Shown in pieces: positions 53,611-64,000 of a DNA stretch of 64,000 bases (position 1 is the stretch's first letter; the number at the start of each line of letters is the position of its first letter). The notes beneath the pieces were generated by a model. The model ran no database searches and was not told the origin of the DNA. It worked only from the letters and a program-made list of their open reading frames with translations. Position numbers and translations under genes: made by a program. Source of the stretch: Phoronis australis (Eukaryota; Animalia; Phoronida); the NCBI GenBank assembly GCA_002633005.1, contig NMRA01000186.1:622748-686747 (forward strand), given 5' to 3'.

Positions 53611-56600
53611 ATTCAAAGGGAGGAAACAGTACAGTGGCTGGACCTGTAAATACTCTGGCTGATCTGCTAAATCCAGTGGGGGCATTATTGTATCAGCACA
53701 GCTGTGTAGGGAAGTAGGCTTGTGTGTTGTCGCAAGCTTTGTTTGCACCAGAACTGCTTGTGTGAACAGCACAAATCTAAAATTTACCTAGTCTAAGACT
53801 GAATTTTTGTCCAGGCACGGATCATGATCCTGGGCCACATGGTAATGGTACATTGTTCATTTTGTTTAGCCACTGGATTTTTTGGTCTGACAGGATTTCT
53901 CAGTGTGGCCATCACATTTAGATGATTTCTGACCACTGTACTGTTCCTTTTCCTTGAAGATGCGTAATTGATCTGAATTTATGTTTCCGCATTTTATTTA
54001 CCATTATAGATTTTTGTTTGTAAATGGGTATATATTACTGAAATTTGAGACCCTGTTGCAGTTAGGCTGGTTTTGTTAACTTATCTTTCTACCTGGGTTG
54101 TAAACCCATATTCTGTCCAGGAGGTAATAAGTTTTGATTTAGACCATTTACCTCTATAAACTTTGCTCAGTTTGTTCCTTATCCAGATGGGAAGTGATTT
54201 CTGGAATTGTAGCGAATTGACAGTTTGCTATTCCTTGAGACCATGCTGTGTGTATAAAATCGCACACTATTAGTCTGGTCTCTAGCAATTGCATATTGCC
54301 AGATCTTTCAAAGTTCTGAAATTGCTCAAAAGTGACCTGGAAGTAATACCTATTTCGTGATGGTAAAATATCTTCTAAATCAAAAGTTGTTTTATGTGAT
54401 TTTAGGCGAGTTTATGTCCACTTCAAATGATTTTTTGTTGCAGTACTGAAAAGTATTGGCACATTAGCTCTGGTGGCTCCTTGTTTTTTTGGCGAATTGA
54501 CCATTTTATGGTTCCCATGGGTAATTTTGTTACTGGTCTAGTATGTATGTACAACTGTAATCGTAGGGCAATTGTAATGCAAACCATGTTGCAAAAGTAT
54601 TTTTTCATGACCATTTCATTGTAAAATGCTGCCTAATTGGAACCGACAAGCCAATTTTTCATTTTGTGGTGGTTAGTTTTGATAAGAACATTGATGTGGT
54701 AAATACAGCTACCTCAAGTTTGTGAAGAAGAGATTTCCAGTGTTGTCAGCGATATTGCGAAATCACTTTTTCGCAGTGAGACTACATCACCTTAAATGTA
54801 ATTCCCTGACTTTATGAGCTTTGTGTGGTTGACTCTGTCCTGTAGCAATTAGAGTGTTGAAAAGATCTAGAAGGCAATTTTTTATTAGAGTCATAACATT
54901 TGCACTTTTGACTGTACAGTTATCTTTGCATTGTATTACGAAAACATATTTTGTAGTACACAAGTCTCTGGTTGGTATTTTATATTTTTTCACAAGGAAT
55001 ATTTTCAACTTAGATGAGTTGTCTGTGAGGTAGGCAATTTTCAAATAAGATAATGAATAAAATTGTCAAACATTGTTTTATTTTTTAGATGTGTGATCTT
55101 CCAATAAGTGATTACTTTTAAAAAACCTGTGCAGAATTTGATTTTTACTCTTCATTTGAAGGAGAATAAATCCATAAACCTGCATTGTCTAGAAATTTTA
55201 CTCAAACTACATATTACAGGGTTGGGGATTGGAATCTTAATACAACAGAGTCTGAACCCGTACCATGAGCAATACAACACAATACACGGATATAAAAATT
55301 TGGTGTTTAGGTTCCACGGAAAGGATTCGTGTGCGCGGTAATAGTTACTAAGGTGCGTGGTCATTGTTTGTGGATACTTTGGGATTCCTCTTCTGTGGTC
55401 ATCCACGGGAAACCTGGTCGCATAGAGAACAATAGATTAGCATCTTCATTGTTTCCGTTGTTATAATAAAGATATAATGACGAGCACTTATCGGCAACGG
55501 TCTGATGTACGCAAGGTTCTATATCCATGCGACCTGTGTTGTTACATCCAACAATGACACAACAAAGGAAAACAATGATAGGACCGATGGGCGAAAAACA
55601 TGCGACGAGTTGCCATGGACAGTGGTGGAGTTTGTCTTGTCATTCGAATGTTTTTACAGAACTGCAAACCCGGTATTTCGTCAGGAAAATTTCTGCGGTC
55701 TTTTGTTTTAAGTCGTGGGAAAAATTGCGGTCATGCAACCAAACTTATCCTTCATTTGATATTACAATGCATTGCATGAACATTTGATCAACAGAAAATC
55801 TGACTTGAATATGTGTGAAGAAATACCCATGAGGAAATTGCAAAGTAAAACAACTGTAAATCAAAATAACCTACATTTGTCGAGTTCATGTCTAACCCTG
55901 TTCACTGTGGAGGACATAATCGGCTTTTTACAAAATGGAGCCATGTATGGTATTTAGGGGTACTATAGCCCTAAGTGATCAGTAGTAAAACGTTCAAAAC
56001 ATTCAGGAGGAACTAACTTGTTGCAAAATATCGAAAAACATGAAGGACAATCGGATTTTACGGTGCTCACGCATCGATCTCAGATGTATGAAAATTTCTC
56101 ATTTTAGTACATTTGAGGTGCCAAAATATATAACTAATAAACTGGCTGACAAAGTTTTTATTTTATGAAATGAAAGTAACATGTTTTGTCAACATTTTGG
56201 CTAAGTTTCATTCTCATAGCAGTGGGGGCAGATTTGGTACAGCAGTGTACTGAACACAACCTCAAAATGGCATAACGGGGGGCAGTGTAGTAAAACTACT
56301 AAATGAGGGTGGTAAATCGGAATCGTGTTTCAAGACATCTGTGTAACAATCTACAGGCACCACTAAACAATGCCAAGTGAATAATAAATCAATAGCTTTC
56401 ATTCAAGGAAAAATATGAACAGTTAAAACTGGACAGTTTTTATACCGTGAAAACATGGCTGCGAAGCCGTAAAATGTGTTTGAGCCTATAACTTTAGAAA
56501 AACGCAATATTTTGAGGAAATATTTTACCGCTGTTTATAGATCCCATAGGACTACCTATGTGCCAAATTTGGTGAAAATCGGCTGACCCCCACCTTGCCG

Positions 56601-56906
56601 CTCATGGTTGGTGCTCTCGTGGACTAGTACTTAACCTGAGAAAACTAATGACTAGCTTGACCTCATGAAACCATAATTATGTCTTTATAGGTAATCCTGA
56701 AAGAACTCAAGGTCATCTATTCAGGAATGTTATACAGGTACACAAGAAATGCATTATTTCCTTTAAAATCCCGTTGACCTATATACAGGACTTAACTTGA
56801 AATAGCACACCTCTGAAACCCATGTTAAATGGTTGGGAGAATTTATAAGGTTCCAAGCAGTACCTATCCCATAACCAATATGCAACTTGTAGACGAAGGA
56901 AGTTTA

Positions 56907-57515
56907 AACAAGAGCAACACGGAGTGTTTAAATGCGCCCACGAATGCACTGCAAATGGTGTGCTTCTAGGGTGTTTATTTGCATCATAAAAATGGTCACT
57001 GGATGGTGCAGAATACTTCAAATTCATCAAAAAACGGGAAAATGTCATCGTTTTTCAACAGAAAGCTAATTACTACATTTCATGAAAATCCGTCAAGAAA
57101 CCTTAGAGAAACAGAGCAAAATGGAGAAAATGAATTTGCCACCACTGGGGCCAAGCATTCGTCGGACCCGTTTGAAAGCTGTCCTCTTCCGTTATCAACG
57201 TCATATGAATACACTTGCTAAATTTAATAAAGATCCTGCAGAGGGCTTAGGAGATACAGCTAAGAGAGCAAAAAACAAATCTGCCACTAGGAGGCGCCAC
57301 AGAAATTGAAATCGCAAAATCATTGTCAACCGTTCTCTTCACACTAAAGTCAATTTTCACAATCATCCTAAGAGTGGTTTGGTTGAAAGAGGGCAGATGC
57401 CAAAAACAGACAAGAAAACAGTAAAAATGTCCACTAGAAGGCACAAAATACATCAAATCCATCTGATAACTGGCAAAATGTCACTGTTTCTGTGAAAGAA
57501 AGATCTTTACCAAAT
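56907..57515 (-). mobile_element. Truncated copy of the Helentron-type family
   Basis: Begins aacaagagcaacacggagtgtttaaatgcgcccacgaatgc, followed by about one unit. Confidence 0.8.
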
Positions 57516-58142
57516 TAGTAGAATAACTTGACTTAGTAGCAGCGTTGTGTTTTTTGTGGATTATCTCGGTCCGTCAGTGAGATGGTTGTAAGTGTAGAAC
57601 ACTCAATTACACTTACCTATTAAAACCAACTGACAGTAGCAAGATGAGGACTGTCTTTATTAGACATTCAAGTGAATGGAATTATAATACAAGTTACGAA
57701 TATGTGGGTTGCATGCACTAAACTTCATGATTCAAGATTCTACAAGAAATAACAGTAAACAACTCTAAGAACTTTCATAGCAATCATCAGAACTATTCTG
57801 TTGTGTTTGCCATATGCGGTAATGCTCAGCTGTGTTGAGGCTATGATTCTGTGAATGACCATTACACAGTCTTGTTTACTACAGAGATCATCAAAACGTG
57901 TGGATGCACCACGCACCGGATGGGTCGCTTACTCGGCAGACAGCCAAAACAAGTTACTATAAACACAAACAATTTGCTAGCAAAGAAATAATATCAATAA
58001 TACTATCAAACTAGATATAGTAAATATATAGACGCTGCGGTTGGCTGGTAGTGAAATATATCAAATAAACGCAGAAAAATCTGCCGCTTATGGGATGTAT
58101 GGCATAACAGTTGGCTGTAAACAGTAATTGCGCAGATATCGG

Positions 58143-58216
58143 GTCCTCAGTAGCTCAGTGGTAAGAGCACTAGACCGGCAATCTAGAGACCTGTGGTTCG
58201 ATTCCAAGTTGGGGTT
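58143..58216 (+). other. tRNA-derived sequence (SINE head or tRNA pseudogene)
   Basis: A box TAGCTCAGTGG, B box GGTTCGATTCC, anticodon stem CTAGA/TCTAG with loop CCGGCAA; mismatched T and acceptor stems. Confidence 0.6.
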
Positions 58217-59828
58217 CCTGATTTTACTATCAAACTAACATACTAAGTAATATATATCATGAATTTCAAGGATTTCATGACACTCCTGCGCCACAGAGAA
58301 AGCTGAATATTTGAGCTAGGGTTTTAGCTCTTTCCATGTAGTGGATCGCCTTAATGTTGTCCAATGCTTTCCTTGCAGCATTACGTACTGGTCGAAAAGA
58401 GATGATGATGATGCTTTCAAAATCTATCTTTTAGTTACCACTGTAACCATCTTTGTAGGCTGGGTATAGGTTACGTCATCTGTGTTTGGGTGCAAGCAGA
58501 GTCCCAGGACAATGCATAGTCAGCTGTCTTTGTTACAAAACTCAAAAGGCGAGAGTTATGCTAGAAAATGACGTTTTAAGAATGTTTTTCACTTAAACGA
58601 CTGGAAACGGGCAAGGTGAGTCGGAATAGTATCCCAGATTGTGCATGCACCCCATCAGTCACTGGCTCTGCGATATACATTTCACGATGACGTAGAACTC
58701 GTACCAGGCTGTATGAAATTTCGTGCCCTAACATTAAAAATCTAGCTGTATTTTGGCGATAGTCTTCAAACAGTTAGTTGGCTGGCTGTGCAGTTTACTG
58801 TTTTGGCCCAGCATATAGGGCATCCAGCCAAAATCGGAATATTCTGATTTGGGTCGTTCCCATAGGCCTGAGTAATTGAATTCTGATACTGGCGGCCCAT
58901 ATCAGAATATATTTTTGATTGAATTTAAAACGTTCAATTGATTACAAATCCTTATAATTCGGTATATGTGTTCATGCAATCCAGACTTTATGGGCCCGTA
59001 TTTAAGAATGTGTAATAAATAATTGAATAAAAATTTTGAAAGTAATGATTTTGATCAATTTTAATATTAATTGACATGAACAATTAATGAGTTTCCTTGA
59101 TTTTCCACGTATTTTGCAATAAATTGAACGGCCAGTCATCGCTGATTCCAATACGATGGTGACATGGTAAAAGCCAAATTCCTTGTAATGATGATGTCAT
59201 AGACTTCGATTGGTGAAAGTATTATCTCAAGTTTTTTTGGGCTAAAAGGGGTTCGTGATGGGTTACTGTATTGTCAAAGGTCTACTTAATTAACAAGTGG
59301 GGTATGCTATGACACTGTATGTTGATGTTTTTCACCAATGCACGTATTGTAGATATAAAAATAGTCATTTTGTCACTATATTAGACCTTTAAAGATAATT
59401 AAAGTAACTGTTGTGAATGTCTGGTATTTCTAGACTTTGATGGGATACTAACACATTCACTTGTCTGGTAAAACAAAGAATGGCAAACTTGACTAATACT
59501 GCTAATGAAAAATGAGTAGTCAAAATATGATCCCATTCTCAGCAAAAAATTAAGCTTCGATTTGACCACTTATGGCTTTAAAATTGATCTCAACCATTTC
59601 CTTACTCAAATGAGAAGTGACTTTTGGTTTTGCAAAGTTGGATATCACGCTCCACAAACAGAAACACAATGACACGTCAACTAGTGCTTGATCTTAAGCA
59701 GTAACAAACTGTCAGTTCATTCCAAACACAGAAATCACTTATGAGACCAATGTTTAACACTAACAGTAAGTCATGTAAATCAAAATATAGGATTTTGCAA
59801 CGCAGGGCGGATTTTACAGACACTTTAA

Positions 59829-60796
59829 ACAGTACACACCATGGATTTTTGCACATTTTGAATTACCGGTGGCCACAGACTAAATGTATGACGTAAAGTT
59901 TAGCTAAACCCATGTTTATTTTGTGTAATTAGCTCGAAATTTTGATTTTTCTTTCAATTTTGCCAATTTTCACATTTCCCACCATGTGACGTCATGGGTT
60001 GAACACAAGAGATCAGCGACTAACATTGAACAATGGCGGAGAGTGCAGTGAATTTGAAAGCGACGACCATTATCAGCAAGAATTGAATGAATACTATGAA
60101 GAAACGTACGGGAATGGTGGCCAGGATGAGGAAATGGGGTTGCACGAAAAGGAGAACAAGTTTGATGTGCTTCCGGCTGCGTACTTTTCTACTTTGAGCC
60201 TTACGCACTGGATCCTCCAGCGAGAGAAGCGGCCTCGGGCTCGGCGAGTCAACCCAGTCATCCAACAGACGATCCTGAATTAAGAGCCGATGTTTCTGAA
60301 TGATAAATATTGTCCTTTATTGAACCAGGCCTTCGTCGTAACATCTCCTGTTACTGGAGTCGAAACACGAGTCCTCAAAGTGGGCACTGAGAACACAGAG
60401 TGGCCCCGTACCGAATCGCTTGGTCCACGATGAGGTCCCACACTCTCGTTCAGCGCATGAAGCGATGCCACTTCTGCGCAACTTCGGTGTCCTGCGGAAC
60501 ACAGAGACGTTCTCCGCCTGGCAGCTGTTGCTGCAGCCTCCGGAAACACATCTTTTGATCCCTCTACGAACCTTCTCGACGCTAAATGTACTTTGCTTTC
60601 ACTTCACTCTATACACTTCGTCTCTGATCCGAACAGTATGGCGAACGACTTGGGTTCAACCCATGACGTTGTACATAATTATTATTTTTTTTCAATTTTT
60701 GCGTGTTTCTTTATGAGCTGTGCAATAAAGGCACTGAAATCAAGTAAGATATAATAATAAAATTTATTTTGAGGTACTAGTCATGTTGTGTACACT
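59829..60796 (-). mobile_element. Kolobok-like THAP element, copy 2 (opposite orientation)
   Basis: Collinear reverse complement of 30432-31397; TTAA flanks; LCVLSAHFEDSCF THAP C..HF motif. Confidence 0.72.
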
Positions 60797-60858
60797 TTAA
60801 ATAGTTGAAGCATAACAAAACGCGTTGAAGATAAGAGAACATTGGAATAAAACCATAC

Positions 60859-61063
60859 CTTGCATATCAATATACCACACAATGCCTTGAACAGACGGGG
60901 TGTTACTGTCACTTCTATAGCGTGCAGCTTCTAACAGATTCTTTACATGGGTCCGATAATGATGATTGTACACTTCAGCACCAACCGACTCATCCCTGAA
61001 CTTGTCTTGTCCGAAACACATGTACAGCACCGCATTCCCGTCACGGTCATAACCCACTTGTCT
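60859..61063 (-). CDS. CRAL-TRIO (Sec14-like) domain exon
   Basis: RQVGYDRDGNAVLYMCFGQ...GIVWYIDMQG fits the Sec14 G.D..G..V and V.I.D..G motifs; canonical splice sites. Confidence 0.85.
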
Positions 61064-61789
61064 CTATAGAACACAACATGATAAAAATTGTTTCACACAA
61101 TTACTACAGCTACGCTTGTAACTACAAGCCTGCGTTATGTCTTTGAAATGAAGTTTTGATTTTGTCTTAGGTATGGCTATACATTAGTAGTCTCACCTTG
61201 TTTCTAACTCTCATTGTAAAGTGATAGACATGAAGCATATCTTGGCATTATAAGTCAAGTGCTTGTGCACTCAAGATATGTTTGTGAAATGCCAAATCCT
61301 TTTGAAGCCCAACAATACCCTCAAATTTGAACAGGGAGCAAGTTAAGGCTGAACATGTTCTTGTCCAGTGGAACTACTCCATCTAAACTGATACAAAGTG
61401 CGACGTTTTTTGGTGACATTCTCCTTTAACTAAAAAGAAATGGGTATGTAAATGCAGTGAATGCAATGCTACTTGGCGTATACAGCATGTTTGAGATCCA
61501 CACTGTGTACAGCCTTCAACCAAAATTCTGAATCTAGAATATGTAACCAGTGAATGAGGAATTCAATAACTAGCAGACCTTCTCAATAACTAGCAGACCC
61601 TTGGTCTTCCACTTACCAATCTTGTTGCATGTGGTGACAGCACTACAATTCAAGTATTGTCATAAAACTATTCATACTAAGTTCAGACACATTTTAATCG
61701 CCTGCAAACAGTTCAAACCTCAAATAAAGTTTAGCTATGAACTCAAATATTAAAACATTTTCCAGAGTAGCTGGTTAACAAAAATTGGC

Positions 61790-62250
61790 ATAGCATGGAG
61801 ACACCGCAAAATCCATGAGAACAGCACAGAATCCATGGAGATAGCATATAGTCCATAAGACAGGGCAGAATCTATGGAGACAGTACAGCACCAATGACAG
61901 CACAGCACTATGGAAACAGCACAGCACCTTGGAGCCAGCACAGCATCCATGGAGACAGCACAGCATCCATGGAGACAGCACAGCATCCATGGAGACAGCA
62001 CAGCATCCATGGAGACAGCACAGCATCCATGGAGACAGCACAGCACCACGGAGACAGCACAGCATCCACGGAGACAGGATAGCATCCATGCAAACAGCAC
62101 AGCACCAGGGAGACAGCACAGCATCCATGGAGACAGCACAGCACCATGGAGATGGCACAGCATCAATGAATAAAGGATAGCATTTATAGTGGAGCCGGCA
62201 CAGCATCCATGGAGACAGCCCATCACCATGGAGACAGCCCAGTATCCGTG
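61790..62250. repeat. Minisatellite, 20-bp unit ggagacagcacagcatccat
   Basis: Perfect central copies with degenerate flanks; explains the overlapping ORFs on both strands. Confidence 0.95.
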
Positions 62251-62785
62251 AAGACAGTAAAGCACCCATGTAATCAGAACAGCATTAGTGCTTTTGCCAC
62301 CCTAAGTATATCAAAAGCACTCAAATTACAACAGGATGTAAACAGACAGAAGTCGGAATTGTTTGACAAAAATCAATGTTTCCAATCATCTGTGTTCTGC
62401 AAGAATTCAGTTATATTGAGGTAGGCGAGCAAGTCAAAGGACAATTCCGTCAACATCGGGACCCCTATAGAATGAGGGAAAAGTCAGAATTGAGTTGCAT
62501 TGTGCGACGTGGCGATGTGTTGCGTAAAGGTATTAGAATGTATACTGCAGCACCCAGTGATGTGTGTATATTTACACAAGAATTGGACCAGGTAAGCTAA
62601 ATTTGTAATGACAATGACATTGCCACCTTTTTAGGTCAGTAATTTCCGACCTCAGTTTTATCGACCTGGGATTTTCGCCAAGTCACATTTGGTGACCTGG
62701 CATTAGGCTAAGTCTGCTAAGTATCAAGCACTGGCATGGCATCCATGGGGACAGTCTATTGGAAGTCATCACATGTTGCTATTAC

Positions 62786-62884
62786 CAGTGAGTGATATCC
62801 CAATGTATGTACACAGCGCCGGCATAGGACATGGTTTAGAGACTTGAGATGTTCCCGAACACGATATCCACCGCTTTCAGATGC
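62786..62884 (-). CDS. CRAL-TRIO-KAP fusion gene, first visible exon (5' partial)
   Basis: ttttttcag acceptor, gtaata donor; ASESGGYRVREHLKSLNHVLCRRCVHTLGYHSL joins RQVGYD in phase 0. Confidence 0.75.
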
Positions 62885-63157
62885 CTGAAAAAACAAAGGA
62901 AACATTAGGTACCATTCTCTAGGAGTGTAAAAATTACCACTATCACAATCTCATCTTGAATCAGGCTTGCTTAACTTGTCAAGCACGCCTTTTGTGTTGG
63001 TACACAATATAGTGTGGTTAAGCTGATCAGAACTTACAAAGCAAATCTGCTTCAGGATTTGTTGAAAGTAGGCTTTCACATGGTATTTTTAAATATTGAT
63101 TAGCATCAGACGAACTGTTTACAACATAATTGCTGGAGCCAGAATCAGATGAAACCA

Positions 63158-63656
63158 AACAATGAACATGCCCCACAGCCGCCATCTTGAAAGTGACTTC
63201 CGGTTCAATAATTTTTATAAAAGCTTATTAAACTCAACTAACACGTGACCAGTTTGAAAGTGATTGGTTTGCAATTGCGCCCTCTACAGGAGAAAACGTT
63301 TTTAGCCATATTTCGGGGTGCGCATGCGCCACGTCCAATATTTCCGCCATCTGTAACCGGAAGCCAACGATTTTCTGCACAATTGTAGCAAATGCGTTTT
63401 AGTATATTCGTACCGATTTTCAGCCATGTAGGTCAAAAAATGACGAGTATTTGACTGTGAAATCGGATACAAAATGGCCGCCACGTCCGCCATTTTGTAT
63501 CCGATCATGACCAAAAACAATAGCGTTCCAGTGATTCCCGATCTACATGTTGTGTGCAAATTTCGTGAAAATCGGACGAAAATTGCGACCTGTAGAGAGC
63601 GAACAAACAAAAAAAAAACGAGAGCGCTCGGAAGAGCGAAACTTGGCGGAATTAAT
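63158..63656. mobile_element. Probable second HINE-like element family
   Basis: Internal caaatttcgtgaaaatcggacg motif, gccgccatcttg and caaaatggccgcc, aaac microsatellite and terminal hairpin cgctcggaagagcg; boundaries approximate. Confidence 0.45.
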
Positions 63657-63659
63657 CGA

Positions 63660-63970
63660 AAAGACGACGATGGGGAGGACGACGACAGTTATGACGATCA
63701 AAGCGGCAATTATGAATAACACGATAACATTCGTGTGACTAGCGAAGGAATCAAATAGAGAGCATACAATCAACTACAATGAAGAAAAAGACGACGATGG
63801 GGAGGACGACGACGATCATGACGATGAAGGCAACAATTATGGATAACACGATAACATTCATGTGACTAGCGAAGAAATCAAATAGAGAGAATATAATGAA
63901 CTACAATAAAGAATCATGTGACTAGCGAAGAAATCAAATAGAGAGCATACAATCAACTACAATAAAGAAC
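63660..63970. repeat. Tandem duplication, ~128-bp unit plus partial copy
   Basis: aagacgacgatggggaggacgacgac..gtgactagcgaag..atcaaatagagag repeated. Confidence 0.85.
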
Positions 63971-64000
63971 AATAGATGGCGCAACATGACGGTCCAGTCT

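Noticed and set aside
55152-55415. Candidate terminal CRAL-TRIO exon
   Set aside because: The longer frame is the wrong phase after exon 60859 and the in-phase frame stops after about 17 codons; the 50809 and 45932 exons fit much better
58275-58388. Candidate exon VRNAARKALDNIKAIHYMER resembling HYPER
   Set aside because: Loses the Gly of DMQG and stops after about 37 codons; likely chance, though a minor terminal exon cannot be excluded
61750-62269. Cys-rich overlapping ORFs on both strands
   Set aside because: Translations of a 20-bp minisatellite in an intron

Overview
Eukaryotic, intron-rich, repeat-rich animal DNA, probably a marine invertebrate (inferred from the repeat families), with two N gaps. 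Four genes can be reconstructed by hand. (1) An EAF (ELL-associated factor) gene on the minus strand, 5 exons at 9745->4600, with its 3' end probably left of the window. (2) A PARP12/ZAP-like gene on the plus strand (5 CCCH fingers, WWE, start of a PARP domain) whose PARP exon has an in-frame TAG. (3) An intronless 401-aa orphan ORF. (4) A 5'-partial minus-strand gene (62884->35567) whose 7 phase-compatible exons join a divergent CRAL-TRIO/Sec14 domain to a 4-TM KAP-family P-loop NTPase (NKPD1/Kidins220-like); this fusion is the most striking coding feature. About 11 kb is one Helentron-type non-autonomous element family whose ~145-bp internal subrepeats each carry a CTCF-consensus-like motif. 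Also present: an inverted Penelope fragment pair with hammerhead ribozyme motifs, two Kolobok-like THAP elements, hAT, pogo-like and P/hAT-type elements, a tRNA-derived SINE-like head and minisatellites. All family assignments come from motif recall; no searches were run.
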